A stretch of 19,503 bases of DNA, taken from positions 1 to 19,503 of the forward strand of contig CALKOM010000149.1 in NCBI GenBank assembly GCA_938091905.1, read 5' to 3'. Below, one piece after another: positions 15,767-19,503 of this stretch; the stretch's first letter is position 1, and every line of letters starts with the position of its first letter. A model generated the notes under the pieces. That model ran no database searches. It was not told the DNA's origin and worked only from the letters and a program-made list of their open reading frames with translations. The DNA is from an uncultured Verrucomicrobiales bacterium (GTDB lineage Bacteria > Verrucomicrobiota > Verrucomicrobiia > Verrucomicrobiales > DEV007). The position numbers were made by a program, and so were the translations under genes.

Positions 15767-18700
15767 ATGCTTAATCCCTGCGCTTTCGCTCTCGAGAATA
15801 ACCGCACCACATTGGTGCTGTATTTTGTTGTCATGCTAGTAGGTGTTGTCACCTACCTTACCATCGGGCGCAGTGAGTACCCAGCCTTCACCATCCGCAA
15901 CGCGATGGTCATCACCTCATACGACGGCCGTTCGGCAATGCAGGTGGAGGAGGAGGTAACCGAGCCTCTGGAACAAGCCATACGCCAACTTGCGGAGATT
16001 GATACCGTCACGTCTACATCGAAACCCGGCGTCTCAATCATTTCTGTCGAGATAAAAGAGGACTACTTCGAGATGGAGGACATTTGGTCCGACATGCGCA
16101 ACAAAATTATCGAGACCAGGCTGCCAGATGGTGCTGGAGTACCAGCGGTAAACGACTCTTTTGGCGATGTATTTCCCTACATCTACGCGATCAAGGGTGA
16201 TGGATTTACAGCGAAAGAACTGTACGATCGAGCCAAGCACGTCCGGGATAGACTTCTCGAACTGGACGGGGTTGCCAAGGTCGAATTGCACGGGGTGCAG
16301 CAGGAGCGAATCTACCTTGAGTTCTCCAGTACCGAACTGGCAGCACGTGGAATTTCACCGGCCGATATCTCGAATGGGCTAAGGTCACAAAATGCTATCG
16401 TCACCAGCGGCGCATCTGATTTCGGCACCGAACGGCTGAGCATCGTGACGTTAGGTGAATTCGCTTCGGTGCAGGAATTAGCTGACTATCAAATGTCTAT
16501 CAAAGGGCAGTCCGTGACGGTGCGCGTGTCCGACCTGTTCACGATTGTGCGCGATTACGAAGATCCCCCACGCAGCTTTAGCCACTTCAATGGTGAGCGG
16601 GTAATCTGTATTGCCGCATCCATGATCGACGGTGGTGTCGTTACAGAAATCGGCGCGCAGATCGAAGAACGCCTAGCAGAGATTTCGGCAACTTTACCCT
16701 ATGGGCTTGAAATCGAAACCATGTTCTTTCAGCCGGAATACGTGGCCGCTTCGATCGATGCTTTCATTGTTAATCTTGGCCAGGCGTTTTTCTTCGTGGT
16801 GCTTGTGATGCTTCTGTTCGCGGGCTGGCGGTTCGCCGTTATTGTGAGTGTTCTGGTTCCATCAACCGTGCTCTTCTGCTTCGCGCTCATGCCGTTGATG
16901 AACGTTGAGCTCGAGATGATGTCCATCGCCGCACTTATCATTGCCCTCGGTATTCTCGTCGACAATGCTGTGGTGGTATGCGAGCAAATCCTTGGGCGGG
17001 TCAACGAGGGACAGGATCGTCGTAGCGCGGCCATCGAAAGCATCCGCGGTCTTATAGTACCGTTACTAGGCGCCAGTGGTACAACTGTCGCAGCATTTGG
17101 CAGCATTGCGATGGCAAAGGGAGGCGCTGCTGAGTTTACCTTCAGCCTATTCGCCGTGGTGATGTTGGCCTTGTTAGGAAGCTGGCTGCTGTCGATGACG
17201 GTTATTCCCATGCTCTGTGTCTACTTTTTGAAGCCCTTGAAGAAAGACACCTTCATTGGGCAATGTCTGACACGACTGGCTGATCCATACGAACAACTTC
17301 TTCGCTTTGTCCTCCGATGGCCTCTCGCCTATCCTTTGTTGATTCTATTGCTGACCCTGGTCGCCGGGTGGGGGTTCAAGTTTATCCCTAACATCTTCTT
17401 TCCTCCAAACGAGCGGGGCCAGTTCATCGTGGATTTTGAGCTTCCGCTAGGTAAAACGGTGATTGAGACGGAAAAGCAGATTAAGAGATTGGAGACATGG
17501 TTGCTCGAAGAGCATAAGGACGAGGTTAAGAGTGTCTCTTCCTGGATCGGTAATGGTGGCCCGCGATGGTATCTTTCCCTCAGCCCGGAATCAGCCAACC
17601 CAAACTATGGCATGCTCAATGTCCTCACGACGCGCGAAGATCCCGCATTTGTAGCGGCCTTGATCAAGACGGTGAATGATCATGGTAGGTCTGCCTTTCC
17701 CGATGCACGAGTTTCGGCCAAAGCACTGGAGAATGGCCCTCCCGTTGGCGACCCCATTCAAATCCGTCTAAGTGGAGAAGACATGGGCACACTCTATAGA
17801 CTGAGGGATCTTGTTACGGCGGAGATCAAGGAGGTTCAGGGTTGTTCAGATGTCCGTGACGATTGGGGCGCATGGACCAAGCAAGTCAGCATCAAACCAG
17901 ACCCCGTTCGCTCTGCCCGCCTTGGTCTAAACACAAGTTCCATCGCGTCCGCGGTTGCTCTTCAGTATTCTGGCACTGTCGCTTCCGTTTACCATGAAGG
18001 TGAGGATGCCATTCCCATTGTCCTGCGTGCTCGCGAAAACTTTCGCAACCATCTTGACCGGATCGGTGATATACCAGTCTTTGGGGCTGAGGGAGGCGCT
18101 GTTCCTCTACGCCAAGCGGCTAACATTAATGTGGAGTTTCAGCCCGGTTCTGTACTGAGACGTGATACCCTGCGAACCATGACGATCAAAGCTCAAGTTC
18201 GCGGCCGCTTTGCTTCGGAAGTCTTGGCAGAGCTTAAGCCCCGCCTCACTGCCCTCACTGAGAGCTCAGACTGGCCGAAAAATGACTACGAGATCGAGTA
18301 TGCTGGCCAAGTCGCAGAGTCTGCTGAGGCACAAGAGAAGATGGCTGCTGGCATGCCTATTCCCATGGCGATTCTTTCGCTCATTCTCATCGCTCAGTTC
18401 AATTCATTACGCCGCTTTGCCATCATCGTAATCACCCTTCCCCCTATGCTCATTGGCGTCGTGCCTGGTTTGCTTCTCACGGGATCGTCCTTTGGGTTCA
18501 TGACGATGTTAGGAATGATTGCTCTGCTTGGTATTATTGTGAATAATGCGATCCTCCTTATCGACGAGACTAATTTACAGCTAAATTCAGGCAAGGAACT
18601 TATCGGAGCCGTCGTCGACGCGGCAAGATCTCGACTGCGTCCCATTCTCATGACCACTGCCACTACAATCATTGGTCTCTTGCCGCTGGCAATCAGTGGT

Positions 18701-18850
18701 GGTGGTATGTGGACTAGCATGGCTTGGGCCATGATCTTTGGGCTTGCCTTCGCCACAGTGCTAACATTACTCCTCTGCCCTGCCTTGTTCGCTCTCTTCT
18801 TCAGTCGGAGCGAGCGCAAGAGAGCCGAAGCCTCGGCAAAGCCCGCATGA
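15767..18850 (+). CDS. RND efflux transporter permease subunit (AcrB/AcrD/AcrF superfamily)
   Basis: 1027 aa with RND topology. Motifs: VEEEVTEPLEQAI, ALGILVDNAVVVCE, FFPPNERGQF, LIAQFNS, GIIVNNAILLID and RSRLRPILMTTATTIIGLLPL. Confidence 0.96.
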   Translation: MLNPCAFALENNRTTLVLYFVVMLVGVVTYLTIGRSEYPAFTIRNAMVITSYDGRSAMQVEEEVTEPLEQAIRQLAEIDTVTSTSKPGVSIISVEIKEDYFEMEDIWSDMRNKIIETRLPDGAGVPAVNDSFGDVFPYIYAIKGDGFTAKELYDRAKHVRDRLLELDGVAKVELHGVQQERIYLEFSSTELAARGISPADISNGLRSQNAIVTSGASDFGTERLSIVTLGEFASVQELADYQMSIKGQSVTVRVSDLFTIVRDYEDPPRSFSHFNGERVICIAASMIDGGVVTEIGAQIEERLAEISATLPYGLEIETMFFQPEYVAASIDAFIVNLGQAFFFVVLVMLLFAGWRFAVIVSVLVPSTVLFCFALMPLMNVELEMMSIAALIIALGILVDNAVVVCEQILGRVNEGQDRRSAAIESIRGLIVPLLGASGTTVAAFGSIAMAKGGAAEFTFSLFAVVMLALLGSWLLSMTVIPMLCVYFLKPLKKDTFIGQCLTRLADPYEQLLRFVLRWPLAYPLLILLLTLVAGWGFKFIPNIFFPPNERGQFIVDFELPLGKTVIETEKQIKRLETWLLEEHKDEVKSVSSWIGNGGPRWYLSLSPESANPNYGMLNVLTTREDPAFVAALIKTVNDHGRSAFPDARVSAKALENGPPVGDPIQIRLSGEDMGTLYRLRDLVTAEIKEVQGCSDVRDDWGAWTKQVSIKPDPVRSARLGLNTSSIASAVALQYSGTVASVYHEGEDAIPIVLRARENFRNHLDRIGDIPVFGAEGGAVPLRQAANINVEFQPGSVLRRDTLRTMTIKAQVRGRFASEVLAELKPRLTALTESSDWPKNDYEIEYAGQVAESAEAQEKMAAGMPIPMAILSLILIAQFNSLRRFAIIVITLPPMLIGVVPGLLLTGSSFGFMTMLGMIALLGIIVNNAILLIDETNLQLNSGKELIGAVVDAARSRLRPILMTTATTIIGLLPLAISGGGMWTSMAWAMIFGLAFATVLTLLLCPALFALFFSRSERKRAEASAKPA

Positions 18851-19500
18851 GAACGTTCTTCTTGAACTATCGCAGCCTGCCGCTGCTACTGTGCCTTGTC
18901 TGTATTATACTAACATCAACACTCAGAGTTGGCAGTCATTTTTTGGCCTACCTCATTTCTGGTGCTATCTGGTCATTGCTCATCGCGGCTTCCGCTTCCT
19001 TGCTAAATCCCAGCCGTCTCTGGTTCCGGGTCTTTTTCATCCTGGCACTCCTGATTCTTGCCAATGTCGGGGCACAGTATGTGACTAGAGGAGAAATAGC
19101 ACTGAGCATCAGCCTCCATCTCACGATCACAGTCATCCATTTGTTGACTCTCGGGCTACTTCTTCGCCACGCTTTTGGTCACCGTAACGCAATCGCTTTA
19201 GATCGTATCAGCGGCGCCGTGGCCGGTTACCTTTTACTTGCTCTTATCTGGGGCAATATCTATAACATGATTCTCGTTCAGCAGCCGTATGCTATTGTAG
19301 AAACAGCGGACACAGAACCTGTTAAAAACGAGCATATCATCTACTATAGCCTCGTCACTTTGACAACACAGGGCTATGGCGATATCGTTCCAAAATCGTC
19401 ACCCGCTCGAATTGCTGCCGCTCTTGAAGGCACTGTTGGCACACTCTACCTCGCTGCGTTGATCGCATTCCTGATCGGTATGATTAAGCCTGAGGAATAG
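18847..19500 (+). CDS. Potassium channel family protein (Ion_trans_2 pore domain with N-terminal TM helices)
   Basis: The likely start is ATG 18847, in an ATGA overlap with the RND stop, giving 217 aa. About four N-terminal TM helices precede TM-pore-TM with IYYSLVTLTTQGYGDIVP (19357-19383) and ARIAAALEGTVGTLYLAALIA. Confidence 0.9.
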   Translation: MRTFFLNYRSLPLLLCLVCIILTSTLRVGSHFLAYLISGAIWSLLIAASASLLNPSRLWFRVFFILALLILANVGAQYVTRGEIALSISLHLTITVIHLLTLGLLLRHAFGHRNAIALDRISGAVAGYLLLALIWGNIYNMILVQQPYAIVETADTEPVKNEHIIYYSLVTLTTQGYGDIVPKSSPARIAAALEGTVGTLYLAALIAFLIGMIKPEE

Positions 19501-19503
19501 TTG

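Noticed and set aside
18724..18846. TTG start at 18724 for the channel (258 aa version)
   Set aside because: It would overlap the RND gene by 127 bp with non-channel-like sequence. ATG 18847 in an ATGA overlap is more plausible.
1..19503. CRISPR arrays, tRNA/rRNA, IS elements, integrases, phage or defence genes
   Set aside because: By eye I found no regularly spaced repeats, RNA-gene signatures, terminal inverted repeats or transposase, integrase or nuclease motifs. Short or degenerate elements could have been missed.

Overview
Bacterial window, probably from a Verrucomicrobia or Planctomycetes (PVC) heterotroph; the taxonomy is inferred only from the protein families. Left to right: (1) an intact Cys-type sulfatase that runs off the left edge and is missing from the ORF track; (2) a 5' stub of a sodium:solute symporter; (3) a fragmented pseudogene for a large secreted glycan-binding protein; (4) a tightly packed 7.6-kb minus-strand cluster encoding a pentaheme c-type cytochrome with a PA14 domain, a secreted beta-propeller, a ThuA-domain protein, a phosphonoacetaldehyde-reductase-like Fe-ADH and a GlpT/OPA-like MFS transporter; (5) a full-length but heavily mutated Asp-box (sialidase-like) pseudogene; (6) a plus-strand RND efflux operon whose TolC-family channel carries an N-terminal periplasmic substrate-binding-protein-like domain, preceded by a perfect 7-1-7 palindrome and followed by a translationally coupled K+-channel-family gene. 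I saw no rRNA, tRNA, CRISPR array or mobile element. The best candidates for undescribed systems are the binding-domain-TolC RND pump, the putative phosphonate uptake/redox pair, and the cytochrome/propeller/ThuA periplasmic module. All family calls come from motif recognition by eye; no searches were run.
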